From Malassezia furfur (Eukaryota): DNA of 64,000 nucleotides. Positions within the stretch are counted from its first letter, which is position 1. Every line of letters begins with the position of its first letter. Position numbers and translations under genes: made by a program. Location: assembly GCA_052055015.1 (NCBI GenBank), contig JBQJIT010000002.1; one strand, 5' to 3'. Positions 1-11,061 of this stretch are shown piece after piece. The notes beneath the pieces were generated by a model that was not told the DNA's origin, did no database searches, and saw only the letters and a list, made by a program, of their open reading frames with translations.

Positions 1-333
1 CTCGACCAGCGCGTGCAGCTGCTGCTGTGCAACGACCTCGCGGCCGTCGTCGCCATCCCGCGCGACGTGCACGCAAGCGACGCACGCCCCGAGGCCCATG
101 CGTCCGCGCCGCCGATCGAGCCTGCAGACGTCGACGCGGTCGACCTGCTGGCGGTAATGAAGCCCTGCGTGCGCACGGGCGGCACGCAGGGCGCCCTTGT
201 CCCGCCCGCGAGCGTCGTCGACGAAGCCCTGTTGCGCGTCGTCGACGCGCGCTACGTCTTCTACTTTGTTGCGAACTCGCACCGCGATGCGGTGCAGTGG
301 GCGCGTGCGATCAACGCACAGCCCGGTGGATAG
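1..333 (+). CDS. 3' end of a gene entering from the left edge; C-terminus looks like the end of a PH domain
   Basis: Open frame to TAG at 331-333; ends ...RYVFYFVANSHRDAVQWARAINAQ, resembling the last strand and Trp-containing helix of PH domains. Partial. Confidence 0.5.
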   Translation, partial: LDQRVQLLLCNDLAAVVAIPRDVHASDARPEAHASAPPIEPADVDAVDLLAVMKPCVRTGGTQGALVPPASVVDEALLRVVDARYVFYFVANSHRDAVQWARAINAQPGG

Positions 334-420
334 AGCGCCCCCGCGCGCCTCGGTAGCCCCCGTTCGGCCGCCTTTGTACTGTAGTCGCACGTGGCCCCTA
401 GGTGGCCGTGCGCCACCACC

Positions 421-1836
421 ATGGCCCTCCACCGGCGCGGAGACTCGTTCGGGGAGTTTGTCGCGGCACACGCCGATGTGCCGCTGCCGCACGCTGCCGA
501 GCCGGCGGGTGCACAGCATGACGACACAACGGCTCAGGCGGTACACGGCGACACCATCCTTGACCTGCGCGACGTCGAGCGCCGCCTCGACGAGCGCCGC
601 CAGGAACAGCAGGACGAGTCGGCGGCAATCGCCGCCGCCGTCGACCCGGCGCTTGCGCTCGCCGCCGAGCCGGTCACCGTGCAGGAGCCTGCACACGATA
701 CAGGTGCCAGCAGCGTACCCCACACGGACGCGCCGCACCACGAGTCCTCCTCGCGTTGGTCCGACACCCTGTGGAGCAAACTGTCCGCCTTGCGCTCCTT
801 TGCTGAAATCGGCGCGCACCACGAGCACACCCCACCACCACGCCGCCGCCCATCTGTGGTGCGCCATGCATCGTCGCTCGACGCACCCGTGTCGGGCGCC
901 CCGGGCTTTGACGCAAACGCTGCGCGCCATTGGAACACGGGGTCATGGTCGCTCAGCGGCGCCGATGAGCGCCGCCGCGAGCAAAAGCCCATACCCGTCA
1001 CGCTCCACGGTCGCCGCGATGATACCGATGCAGTCATCGATGCGTGGCACGCCGCACGGCTCCAGGCGTCTCTGCCGCGCCGCCTACGCCTCGGCCGCGC
1101 CTGGCACCTGCTCTATTCGCTCGACCAGCACGGCACAAGCCTGTCCACGCTCTACGACAAGGTCACACGCGCCATGGACCGGCACTATCAACAGCGCTCG
1201 GCGCTCGGCGGCGAGCAGTGGCTGCGGGGGTCGAGCTCAGCGGCACAGCAAGCGGCGCTGGGACCTGGCGCATCGTCGCGCCACGTCGGCACGGGCGTCT
1301 CGCTCCCACACGCGGGCCTCATCCTCGCGGTCACGGATGCACACGGCAACGTGTTTGGCGCGTTCATCAACGAGGCCCTCAAAGTCGCCTCGCATTACTA
1401 CGGCAGCGGCGAATGTTTCCTGTGGAAGACGGTGCGCCGGCGGTTACCCGCACCTCCGTCCGAGGCGGGCGGGAACAATGAGCCGGGCGAGCCGGATCTG
1501 CACCCAGACCGCGCCATCGAGGTGTTCCCGTGGACGGGGCGCAACGACTACGTCGTCTTGTCCGAGTCCGACTTTCTCTCGGTCGGCGGGGGCGACGGAC
1601 GCTACGGCCTGTGGCTTGACGATACGCTCGACCGCGGCACCTCGGCACGGTGCCCGGCCTTTGACAACGAGGTGCTCTGCAATGACTCCGAGTCCAACGC
1701 GCGGCACGCGACCGACTCGCACGACGTGCCCACGGCCGACCTGCTCGGGGACCTCGGGGCCGATCGGGGCCCGATGCCAGAATACGGCAAATTTCAGGTA
1801 ATGGGCGTAGAAGTGTGGGCCGTAGGCACCGATTAG
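421..1836 (+). CDS. OXR1: Oxidation resistance protein 1 (TLDc domain)
   Basis: TLDc motifs WHLLYSLDQHGTSLSTLY, VFGAF, YYGSGECFLW, LSVGGGDGRYGLWLD, CPAFDNEVL, GVEVWAV; first ATG at 421. Confidence 0.9.
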   Translation: MALHRRGDSFGEFVAAHADVPLPHAAEPAGAQHDDTTAQAVHGDTILDLRDVERRLDERRQEQQDESAAIAAAVDPALALAAEPVTVQEPAHDTGASSVPHTDAPHHESSSRWSDTLWSKLSALRSFAEIGAHHEHTPPPRRRPSVVRHASSLDAPVSGAPGFDANAARHWNTGSWSLSGADERRREQKPIPVTLHGRRDDTDAVIDAWHAARLQASLPRRLRLGRAWHLLYSLDQHGTSLSTLYDKVTRAMDRHYQQRSALGGEQWLRGSSSAAQQAALGPGASSRHVGTGVSLPHAGLILAVTDAHGNVFGAFINEALKVASHYYGSGECFLWKTVRRRLPAPPSEAGGNNEPGEPDLHPDRAIEVFPWTGRNDYVVLSESDFLSVGGGDGRYGLWLDDTLDRGTSARCPAFDNEVLCNDSESNARHATDSHDVPTADLLGDLGADRGPMPEYGKFQVMGVEVWAVGTD

Positions 1837-1868
1837 CCACGTCCATCTCACCGATCCACACCGACCGC

Positions 1869-2381
1869 ATGGCGGGGCCCGCACTCAATTCCCCGCTCTT
1901 CCACCGTGACGTGCTCCGGCGCATCGTCGGCGACACGCTGCACGCGCCGCAATTCCCTCAAGCTTTGCTCGACGATGCATTGCGCTCGGACCGCGACCCC
2001 GAGGCACCCCTGGCCACGCTCACCGACCGCGACCGGTTTGCAATCGAGGAGGCCAACAAGGTGTTAGCGATGTATCGCAGCACCACCGAGCCCAAGGAAC
2101 CCGATGAAGACAAGCTGTACGCCCTACAGCTCCAATATACCCAGGCTGGGTGCACGATCCTGCTACGTGACCTACCGGGAGCGCAGCGCATCCTCGAGAT
2201 GCTTGCTCGCGAACTGCGCCCGCGCCCACAAAGCACCCTTAGCTCCTCGACCGAGGGCATGCAGCTCAACGCGAAGGTGCTCGGCACCTTGCACTGGCTC
2301 AGTGCCTCGCAGGGACACACCCGCAATGCTGAGCGGTACTCGCGGTGGCGCGATGAAGTACACTCGCTTTTACAGAAATAG
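1869..2381 (+). CDS. Hypothetical alpha-helical protein (~170 aa)
   Basis: ATG at 1869; protein-like helical composition, fills the gap between OXR1 and tubulin; no motif recognised. Confidence 0.6.
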   Translation: MAGPALNSPLFHRDVLRRIVGDTLHAPQFPQALLDDALRSDRDPEAPLATLTDRDRFAIEEANKVLAMYRSTTEPKEPDEDKLYALQLQYTQAGCTILLRDLPGAQRILEMLARELRPRPQSTLSSSTEGMQLNAKVLGTLHWLSASQGHTRNAERYSRWRDEVHSLLQK

Positions 2382-2589
2382 TCGCTCCATCGTCGGTTCT
2401 ACGGCTCCGCTGCCGCTGCCGCGCACCCGCTCCCTACCCCAGCCGCCCCCGCGGCGACCGTGCGCGCCGCACGCGGCGCGGCGCGCTGAGTCAGCGACAC
2501 GGGCCACGTGGATGACCCTAGCCAGCGGTCCGAGTGCAACACGCCTTGCTTACTCTGACGCGTGGAGCACTTGCCAACTGCCGATCGCC

Positions 2590-4022
2590 ATGCGTGAACT
2601 GATTACTTTCGCCGTGGGCCAGGCGGGCAACCAGATCGCCAGTGCATTCTGGGACACGATCAGGAAAGAGCACGGGCTCGATGGAGAAGGCGTATGTTGA
2701 CGCGCTCGGCTCACCACAGAATTATGTCGGCAACGACCCCAACCTGGAGCTTTGCAAGATCAACGTGTTCTTCGACGAGTCCAATTCGGAGCGCAAGTAT
2801 GTCCCTCGGTACGTATTCCTACCGCGCTCATCCAAGCTCCATTAACGTCGACCTGGAGCCCGGCACGATCGATCACCTCCGCTCCGGGCCGCTTGGCAAC
2901 ATGTTCCGTCCGGACAACTACGTCCACGGCGAGTCGGGCGCGGGGAACAACTTCTCGAAGGGCTACTACACCGAGGGTGCCGAGCTTCTCGACTCGGTCC
3001 TCGAAGTGGCCCGCAAGGAGGCCGAACGTGCCGAGTACTTCCAGGGCTTCCAGCTTGTGCATTCCCTTGGCGGTGGTACCGGTTCGGGGTTGGGCACCAA
3101 CTTGCTGAGCAAGCTGCGTGAAGAGTACCCCGACCGCATGCTCGCGACCTGGTCGGTGCTGCCGTCGCCCAAGGTGTCCGACACTGTCGTTGAGCCGTAC
3201 AATGCGACGCTCTCGTTCCACCAGCTGGTCGAGAACGCCGACCTGTCGTTCTGCATGGACAACGAGGCCCTGTACGATATCTGCCAGCGCACGCTGCGCA
3301 CCAAGTCGCCCAAGTACGAGGACCTGAACACCCTCATCTCCTATGCGATGTCCGGCAGCTCGACCACGCTGCGTTTCCCGGGGCAGCTCAACTCGGACCT
3401 GCGCAAGCTCGGTGTGAACATGGTTCCCTTCCCGCGCCTGCACTTCTTCACGTGCGGGTATGCACCGCTGGTCGCGTCCTCGTCGCAAGCATACCAGGCA
3501 CTGAATGTGCCAGAGCTTGTGCAGCAGGGCTTCAGTTCGCGGAACAACATGGCCGCCATCGACACACGCGCTGGCAAGTATTTGACCGTCGCCGCGATTT
3601 TCCGCGGCAAGATCTCGAGCCGCGAGGTGGAAGCGGAGATGCACAACGTGCAGGCCAAGTCTGCGTGCGGCTTTGTGGAGTGGATTCCGCAGAATGTGCT
3701 CACGTCGTTGTGCGACGTGCCGCCGCCCAACGTCAAGCTGAGCGCCACGTTCATCGGCAACACGACGGCGATCCAGGAACTGTTCAAGCGGACACACAAC
3801 CAGTTCAGTGTCATGTTCCGCCGCAAGGCCTTCTTGCACTGGTACACCGGCGAAGGCATGGACGAAATGGAGTTCACCGAGGCCGAGTCCAACTTGCTCG
3901 ACCTCATTGCCGAGTACGAGCAGTACGAGGCGGCGACGATCGACGACGACGAAATGCTTGAAGGCGAGTACGAGGAGGAGCAATACGACGAACAGGTGGC
4001 CTACGAGGAGGAGGAATACTAA
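2590..4022 (+). CDS. TUB2: Beta-tubulin, divergent (beta-2 type paralog); two 28-nt introns (2692-2719, 2809-2836)
   Basis: [15 protein letters not shown] start, [13 protein letters not shown] after splicing, LGGGTGSG signature, [33 protein letters not shown], acidic tail. Confidence 0.95.
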
Positions 4023-4077
4023 CGCTGCTATCTCGTCTCGGCTTACCCCGCGTTCTTTTCCGTAGACGGTTCTATGC

Positions 4078-5171
4078 ATGGTTTTCTCCCTGTTGCCCCA
4101 CCGCCCCTATCCGACCTCCACCTGGGCGAAAGTACCCCGCAGTATGGTCAACCCCAAGCAGCTAGAAACGACTCGTACACCTGCGGCGCCCGTGTACCCG
4201 TTGGGTACTGCACCGCTGCATGGCCCGCCGCGCGCAAAACATCTTGTCGTTGTGCTCGGCGTAAGTTGCTCGCGTGACTGACGGTAGGTGGGACCCGGTC
4301 TTGGACTGGCCATAGCACGCGTGTTTGCCGCTCAGGGCTACGCGACGGCCATCTTGTCACGTATCAAGTCACGGCTGGATGGCTATGCTGCAGAGGTATG
4401 CCCTTGCATTAATCCAGCTCGATGCGCTTGCACGCGAACGGCTGCAGCACGACGGCGAGACGAATCAAGGCCCTCTCTCACGCGCATTTGCCTGCGACAT
4501 GCTGCAGCAGGATACCATCCATCAGTCATTCGCGGACATACAAGCTACCTGGCCCGACCGACTCATCGGTACTTGCGCTTACAATGGGAGCATACGGAAA
4601 CATGGCGCATTTCTCCAACTCAACCACCGCCAGCTGAAGGACAGCATCGACGCAAGCGTGTACGCGGCCAATGGCTGAACCACAGCTTCGCATTTTTCAC
4701 ATTTGCCCAGCTTGCGCTCGGCAAGATGGTCGAGCACAACGAGGGCGGCACGCTGCTTGTCACGGGCGCGACCAGCAGCATCCGGGGTCGCGAAAGGTTT
4801 GTGCCATTTACTGCCGCGAGTACGTACGCCGCCGCACTTACAAGCGCCAGAGGGCGCACTACGAAATATGTGCCAGGTACGCTACCTGCACCTTGCTCAC
4901 TCAGTCGCTCGCGCGCGAATTTGGCGAAAAGAACATTCACGTGGCACACATTGTCGTGGACGGCTTGATCGAAAGCAAGACTGCGCCTGCCTTCTTCCAG
5001 CTGCCGACGGACGAACGGTTCGTGGACGGGACTGTGGGTGATCCTTGCACTCTAACACGGCAGGCGCTCGTCCCAGACCAAATGGCTAAGACGTGGCTCT
5101 TCTTGGCACAGCAGCACCCTAGCACCTGGACCGCTGAGCTCGATCTGCGGCCCGCCAAGGAAAAATTCTGA
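4078..5171 (+). CDS. Short-chain dehydrogenase/reductase (atypical, FxxxK), about six micro-introns
   Basis: Spliced reading VVVLG|VGPGLGLAIAR (Rossmann motif), LLVTGATSSIRG, FTAAKGALRNMCQSLAREF, HVAHIVVDG, WTAELDLRP; introns include 4261-4287 and 4396-4417. Start may be 4144. Confidence 0.85.
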
Positions 5172-5450
5172 CAGTGGTTACAACAAGGAATAGAGGTGGG
5201 TGGCCTTGGTAGCCTGAATACGATTCAAGAAGACTGTAAACATGGACCACTAGGGCGTGGTCGCTGCTACAGACGGGCTTGACGCAATCAAGCATTTTCG
5301 GGTTTTGAGGTGGCCACACCTTGAGGGCCGCAACCTTGATGGATGCAATGTAATCGTCCACGGCCAGACCAGGCAGGTCTGCGGTTAGTTGCCCCGTCTT
5401 GGGTAAGGGCATCTACCCTTCGCCGGGAGAATCACATCAGGCCGAGTCGC

Positions 5451-5528
5451 TTACTTGGAGCGAGCACGCATCTTTCTGCGCTTGCGGCGAAGACGGCGCA
5501 TACGCTTCTTCCTCCACTTCGCTCTCAT
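5451..5528 (-). CDS. RPL41: Ribosomal protein eL41 (25 aa), not in the ORF track
   Basis: Reverse strand reads MRAKWRKKRMRRLRRKRRKMRARSK*, the near-invariant eL41 sequence; candidate 5'UTR intron 5574-5534 (GTACGT...CTAAC...GCAG). Confidence 0.95.
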   Translation of the reverse strand: MRAKWRKKRMRRLRRKRRKMRARSK

Positions 5529-5732
5529 GCTTTCTGCAACGTTAGCCCTGCTACACAGGAACACAAGTACGTACAAGAACGATGACGGTAAAGAACAAGC
5601 CCAGGCGCAGCCCGTTGCGTATTTGAGTCTTTGCCCTTCCCATAGAACTAGTCACGTGAGTTGTAGTTCCATGGGGTTACTCATCCTGAGTCATCATGTG
5701 GCATCGGCGCGCACGTCCTTCTTCCACAGACC

Positions 5733-7469
5733 ATGGCGAGTGAAGCCCCCAAGCCCACGAGCGAGGCACCCCCTGCCGAGCAGAAGCCTGCTGCTGCCCC
5801 CGCAAACGGCGAGGGAGCTCCCCAGGAGGAACTGAAGTAGGTAGCGACAGAGTGGCTGACCTCCAGCCCCGATGGCACGCCGTTGTCGGACAAGCAGCGC
5901 CGGAAGCGCGCCGAGAAGGCCGAGAAGGAGCGCATCAAGGCCGAGAAAGCGGCTCGCCTTGCGGCGGAGCAGGCTGCGCGCCAGGCAGCGGACGTCGATT
6001 TTGCGACGGAAAACTACGGTACCCTGCCCATGAATCAGTCGCAGGAGCGCAAGAACGTGCAGCTCTTCTCAATCGCCGACATCAGTCCGGAGAAGGATGG
6101 CGAGCAGGTCACGCTGCATGCGCGTCTGCAGACAAGCCGTGCGCCCTCGGCCAAGCTCGCGTTCTTCACCCTGCGCCAGAACCTCAACTGTGTGCAGGCC
6201 ACGCTGGCACAGGCGCCTGAGAAAGTGTCGCGCCAGATGGTCAAGTGGGCCACGTCGATCACGCCCGAGTCGATCGTCCAGGTGGAAGGCACCATCACCA
6301 AGGTGCCGAAGCCGATTGAGTCCGCCTCGGTCACGGTCAAGGACGCCGAGATCAAGATCTCCAAGATCTTTGTGACGGTCCCTGTCACCTGGGACGGCCA
6401 AGTGCCGTTTTACGTGGACGACGCGACGCGCTCGGACGCGGAGATCGAGGCAAGTCAGGATACCCCGCGCCCGCTACCTCCCATTGCGCTTGACACGCGT
6501 CTCGACAACCGTGTGCTGGATCTGCGCACACCGACCAACCAGGCCATTTTCCGCCTGAGCCACGGTATTTGTCGTCTGTTCCGTGAGTTCTTGGAGAACA
6601 ACGGATTCATTGAAATCCACACCCCCAAGCTGCAGGGTGCTGCGACTGAGAGTGGTGCATCTGTGTTCAAGGTGGACTACTTCAAGGGTAAGGCATTCCT
6701 GGCACAGAGCCCCCAGCTCGGCAAGCAGATGGCCATCTCTGCCGACTTTGGCCGTGTGTTCGAGATCGGCCCCGTGTTCCGTGCGGAGGACAGTAACACG
6801 AACCGCCACATGACCGAGTTTACCGGTCTGGATCTGGAGATGGCGTTCAAGGAGCACTACCACGAAGTGTCGGACCTGCTCAACGAGCTCTTCTTCTTCA
6901 TTTTCACGGAATTGCCCAAGCGCTACGGTGCCGAGATCGCTACGGTGAAGCGCCAGTACCCCTCGGAGGACTTCTTGGTCCCGGAAAAGCCGGTGAACCT
7001 CAACTTCAAGGAGGCAATCCAGATGCTGCGCGACGCGGGCTACGAGGTCGGCGATCTGGACGACCTGAGCACGGAGACGGAGCGTGCGCTCGGCAAGCTT
7101 GTCCGTGACAAGTACCAGACCGACTTCTATATGCTCGACAAGTTCCCGCTGGACATCCGGCCGTTCTACACGATGCCTGACCCGGCGGACAACAAGTACT
7201 CGAACTCGTACGACTTCTTCATGCGCGGACAGGAGATCCTGTCGGGTGCCCAGCGTGTGCATGATGCCAAGTTTTTGGAGGAGCGTCTGGCAGCTGCCAA
7301 CATCCCTGTGTCGGCGATGCAGAGCTATGTGGACGCCTTCCGGCTGGGTGCACCGCCGCACGCGGGCGGTGGTATCGGTCTGGAGCGCGTGCTTATGCTC
7401 TACCTCGGCCTCGGCAACATTCGTCGCGCCAGCATGTTCCCCCGTGACCCCAAGCGTCTTGAGCCGTAG
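5733..7469 (+). CDS. DPS1: Cytoplasmic aspartyl-tRNA synthetase; 30-nt intron 5837-5866
   Basis: OB-fold, RLDNRVLDLR, LAQSPQL, motif 2 FRAEDSNTNRHMTEF, motif 3 PPHAGGGIGLER, FPRDPKRLEP. Confidence 0.97.
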
Positions 7470-7480
7470 AGGGTCGTATC

Positions 7481-8750
7481 CTAGCACAACTGCAAAAACC
7501 ACGAGGCCTGCGTTAGTTCCGTACATACAATTGCCTGGATCACGGCATTGCGCCGTTCAACGTCTTCGACGCTCATTTCGGGCGTGCTCTTGAGCATGGC
7601 TGCGTCAAGAGAATGGCACTTACCATGCTCCACTCCGGGCCAAATGCGCAGCGTTTTGGGTTCGGCATTCAGGCGTGCAAAGAAGGCTTGTGAGCCTTTG
7701 GGGCTCGTCACACGGTCGTGGGATCCATGGTGGATTGCGACAGGGCACCGCACGTGCGCGACGATCTCGTTCACATGGTCGAGACCGGCAACGATGGCAA
7801 GCGCAGTGCCGACGCGCACAAAGCCGTGGTACACTTGCGGATCCAGCGCGGCATAATACTCGACTCTGCGATAAGCCAAGGGGGGCACATACTTGGGGTC
7901 GTCCGAGATTTTGCCCTTGATGGCGCGCAGCAACGGCAGACGGCCGGCCACGGTAGATAGCATGCGTCCCACGAGCTCCATGACCGCACCTGGCCGCGAC
8001 TCGGGTGCAATTTGCAGCATAGGAGCACTCACTGCGACGCCATCGAGCGCAAGGTGACGTCGGTCCGCATGGCTGCCGAGCTTAGCGGCCGTCCTGGGCG
8101 GGTGCAGCGCGGCGTGATAAAGCACAGTGAAGCCGCCCATTGAGCTGCCTTGCGCAAACCGCTTGCGTGCAGCAAGGTTCTCGAGCTTGTTCACCTCATC
8201 CCACATGTAAACGTGGTACAGGACGGCGTCCAGAGCGTTTGTGTTCAAACGCAGATCAGGCACATAGGCATGGAGTCCCGTGGAACGACCAAAGCTCGGC
8301 ATATCCAACGCGATGGTGCGAAACCCTGCCATCATCAGTCCCAACGCCTGCGGTGCTACTTTTCCCTGTGTCAGACGCTAGGCATACCGAATAATCATTG
8401 ATCCCGTGCGCCAGGTAGACGTCTGCATTCATGCGCTGCGTCGCGTTGGGCATCTCCCACACGTAATAATTGACCCATGCATCGATGACTTGCGCACCCC
8501 ATGGGTGCGGCACAGTGGTGATGTGCTCCCCTAGGGACGTATCCAGTACAGGCTTGCCCCCGCTAAGATAGACACGCCGACGCGTGACTTTGACCGCCGC
8601 GTTGTCGTAGATCGCCTCACGCTCCAGGGGGGAGTAGGGAAGCGCGTTACGGCCGTACGTAGGGTCACCATGCCCCCATGTTGTCAAGCCAAAGTAGACC
8701 AAGAGTGGCTCAATGAACACGTAGTACCATTCGCGCAGCCTGTCCCACAT
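7481..8750 (-). CDS. Alpha/beta hydrolase, monoglyceride lipase/lysophospholipase family (Hydrolase_4), several introns
   Basis: LAHGINDY oxyanion motif, DMPSFGRSTG, nucleophile elbow GSSMGG, HGSHDRVT (Asp), GVEH (His). Confidence 0.85.
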
Positions 8751-8840
8751 CTCCGTGGATGGCCGTGGCCAGACGTCGGTTACCGTCACGCACAGACGCT
8801 AATTACGTTAGGTGGAGGCGCGCTTTCTACTATAGGACCG

Positions 8841-10766
8841 CTACAGCTTGCTCTTCGCCCCCATGGCGCGGTCGTGCATGGCACGGATGTCGAGCAGAGC
8901 GCGGTTCAGGTACTCGGTGAAACGCACGGGCTGGTGCTCCTGCTTCAGGCAGACCAGCGTGAACGAGAGCGAGTTCTCCTTGATCGCGTACGCACAACCA
9001 TAACCCTTAGGCGTCACCTCGCCGAAGCCCCAGCCGTCAAACACGTCCGTAGAGATCTGCGATGTGCTGAGGATCCAGGTGCCGCTCTCGGCGTGCATGG
9101 GGTCTTTGAACACATCCGGCATCTCCTCATTGGGCTGCAGCAGCTTCTTGAGGCCAAGCATGTGACGGTCCACACCATGGGCATCCGCGGCCTCCTTGGC
9201 GTACTTGATGTGCTGGGCAGCGGCCGCCTGGAAGAGCTTGAGGCGCTCTTGGTCGGACACGTCCGGGTTGGTCATGGCCTCCACAAACGCCTTGCTTTCC
9301 ACGCTGAGCGTGCGGATGGTCTCGGTACGGCCCAGCTTGAACTTGCGCGTTTGCGCCGCCTCATAGGTGGCCGCAGGGCGGTTGTAGAGGCGGAAGAAGG
9401 CAAGCTGGATGGCCATCTGAGCCCAGGCATCCGGCGAGCACTTGTACTTCTTGATCTGGTTCTTGCCGTAGCCCTGGAAGTCCAGCGAAGACATGGCGTG
9501 CGCGCCCATCAACTCAGCAAAGCTCTTCCGCGACTCGTCCACGTTCTTCTCGGTCGCGGCATCCACCGAAAACTCGAGAAGAGTAGGCTCATCCAAAACG
9601 GCACCCGAGTTGGGGCCCTCGAGGTCAATCTTGCCCTGCTCGAGCGCGCTCAACACAAAGTTGTTCAGGCGCATGGTCTGCGTGCCATCCAGCATGGAGT
9701 GCTCACCCACGAACCCAGACGTGCCATTCGCGGCGACGATGAACTGCTGCTTGTCGTAGAAGCGGTTGATTCCCTCGCCGGTCCAGACAGCCCAGCCACG
9801 CTCCTCGAGCGAAATGGGTTTCACGTCGTCAAGACACAGGACAGCGATCGAGCTCTCGATGCGTTCCAATGCCTTCTCGTTCTGCTCACCATTGGGACCC
9901 GAAATAAGCGCCTTGCGCGCCTCAGCCCACTTGTCACGCTTGTTCGACGTCAGCGCACCAATCGGCGCCTTGGGCGGCTGCTGGCTGCGGGCATCACCGA
10001 CGATGCGATCAAGCTGAATCTCGATTTCCGGCACGCTGAGTTCCTTGTTCGTCGTGGGGTTGACCAACGGCAGCTCGTAGAAATGACCGTTGCGCACAAT
10101 CACCACGTGGTTGTTCTTCGCGGGCTCGAAGGTGACCGTTACATCTTCCTCTGGCTGCGGAATGCGGCACGAGTTAAAGAGGTACTTGAATCCGTGCATG
10201 CACATGTAACCTGTCTTGGTCTTTTCCGGAGCGAGCGTCTCGTTAACCACCATGGTGCGGAAGGCCATCATACCCTTTAGAATGTGCGCGCTACGCGTAA
10301 CGTAGTTGTTCACCTTGGGGTCGGCCCGGTGCAAGTAGAAGTAGCTCACAAAGGGCACCAGCGGGTCGCGCGGCTGCATATAGCCGCCAGAAAGCCACCA
10401 GTCGTAGAGCCAACTCTCACGACCTTCGGCCGTCGCCCGATGGACCAGACGGTCCTGCAGCTTTTTGACCAGGGCACTATCTTTCCCATTGATCGCATCC
10501 TGGACAGCCTTCTCGGTCCGTGCAAGCGACGAGCCATCCTTGTGCAAGGGGATTGTCGTGCGGAAGTACTTTTGCAGTGTCTCCTCAAGCGGCGGCACAG
10601 GAAGCAAAGGCAACGACGCCTGCCCAGAATAGAGCTGCTTCGGCTCTTCGCCCGAAGGCTTCGTCATGGAAAACGAACGCATGGCTTGGGCAGCAAACGA
10701 TGTATGCTTCGGGAATGAACGCACAGATTTGCTTGCGCTGGGTGCTAGTCGATACCCGACGCTCAT
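8841..10766 (-). CDS. CAT2: Carnitine O-acetyltransferase with N-terminal mitochondrial-type presequence and C-terminal PTS1 (SKL)
   Basis: LPLLPVPPLEETL, NRFYDK, catalytic GEHSMLDG, TYEAAQTRKFKLGRTETIR, GVDRHMLGL, LSTSQ; ends GAKSKL*. Confidence 0.93.
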   Translation of the reverse strand: MSVGYRLAPSASKSVRSFPKHTSFAAQAMRSFSMTKPSGEEPKQLYSGQASLPLLPVPPLEETLQKYFRTTIPLHKDGSSLARTEKAVQDAINGKDSALVKKLQDRLVHRATAEGRESWLYDWWLSGGYMQPRDPLVPFVSYFYLHRADPKVNNYVTRSAHILKGMMAFRTMVVNETLAPEKTKTGYMCMHGFKYLFNSCRIPQPEEDVTVTFEPAKNNHVVIVRNGHFYELPLVNPTTNKELSVPEIEIQLDRIVGDARSQQPPKAPIGALTSNKRDKWAEARKALISGPNGEQNEKALERIESSIAVLCLDDVKPISLEERGWAVWTGEGINRFYDKQQFIVAANGTSGFVGEHSMLDGTQTMRLNNFVLSALEQGKIDLEGPNSGAVLDEPTLLEFSVDAATEKNVDESRKSFAELMGAHAMSSLDFQGYGKNQIKKYKCSPDAWAQMAIQLAFFRLYNRPAATYEAAQTRKFKLGRTETIRTLSVESKAFVEAMTNPDVSDQERLKLFQAAAAQHIKYAKEAADAHGVDRHMLGLKKLLQPNEEMPDVFKDPMHAESGTWILSTSQISTDVFDGWGFGEVTPKGYGCAYAIKENSLSFTLVCLKQEHQPVRFTEYLNRALLDIRAMHDRAMGAKSKL

Positions 10767-11061
10767 CCGGACACGTACTGGCGTGCCGTAACGGGGAAGA
10801 AGATTTGTAGGAATCGAGCTTCCAGCAACGTTTTGCACAGTTCGTTCCCCCACCTAAGTCCTCCGCATTGTGCATAATTCCATTGGCCTATCTCCCGGTT
10901 CGTTGGATCCAAGAATATTGCCGGCATGCGCGGTGATATGTCAGAGCACGTGCCTGATAAGAAAAGTTGGCACTGGAGGGCCTGGGCGAGGAACCGCATC
11001 GGGCGGAGTTTTCGACCGTGCGCGGCGTTTGTACGCCGTTGGTCCCTTGAACCCTGACATC

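Noticed and set aside
197..1801. 534-aa Arg/Ser/Thr-rich ORF overlapping OXR1 in another frame
   Set aside because: Composition is that of an off-frame read of GC-rich coding DNA.
8670..10280. 536-aa ORF antisense to CAT2 (similar cases: 2760-4079, 15264-17441, 19792-21522, 42255-44099, 47008-48456, 51999-53078)
   Set aside because: Shadow ORFs expected from strong GC3 codon bias on the opposite strand; no motifs, and each fully overlaps a well-supported gene.
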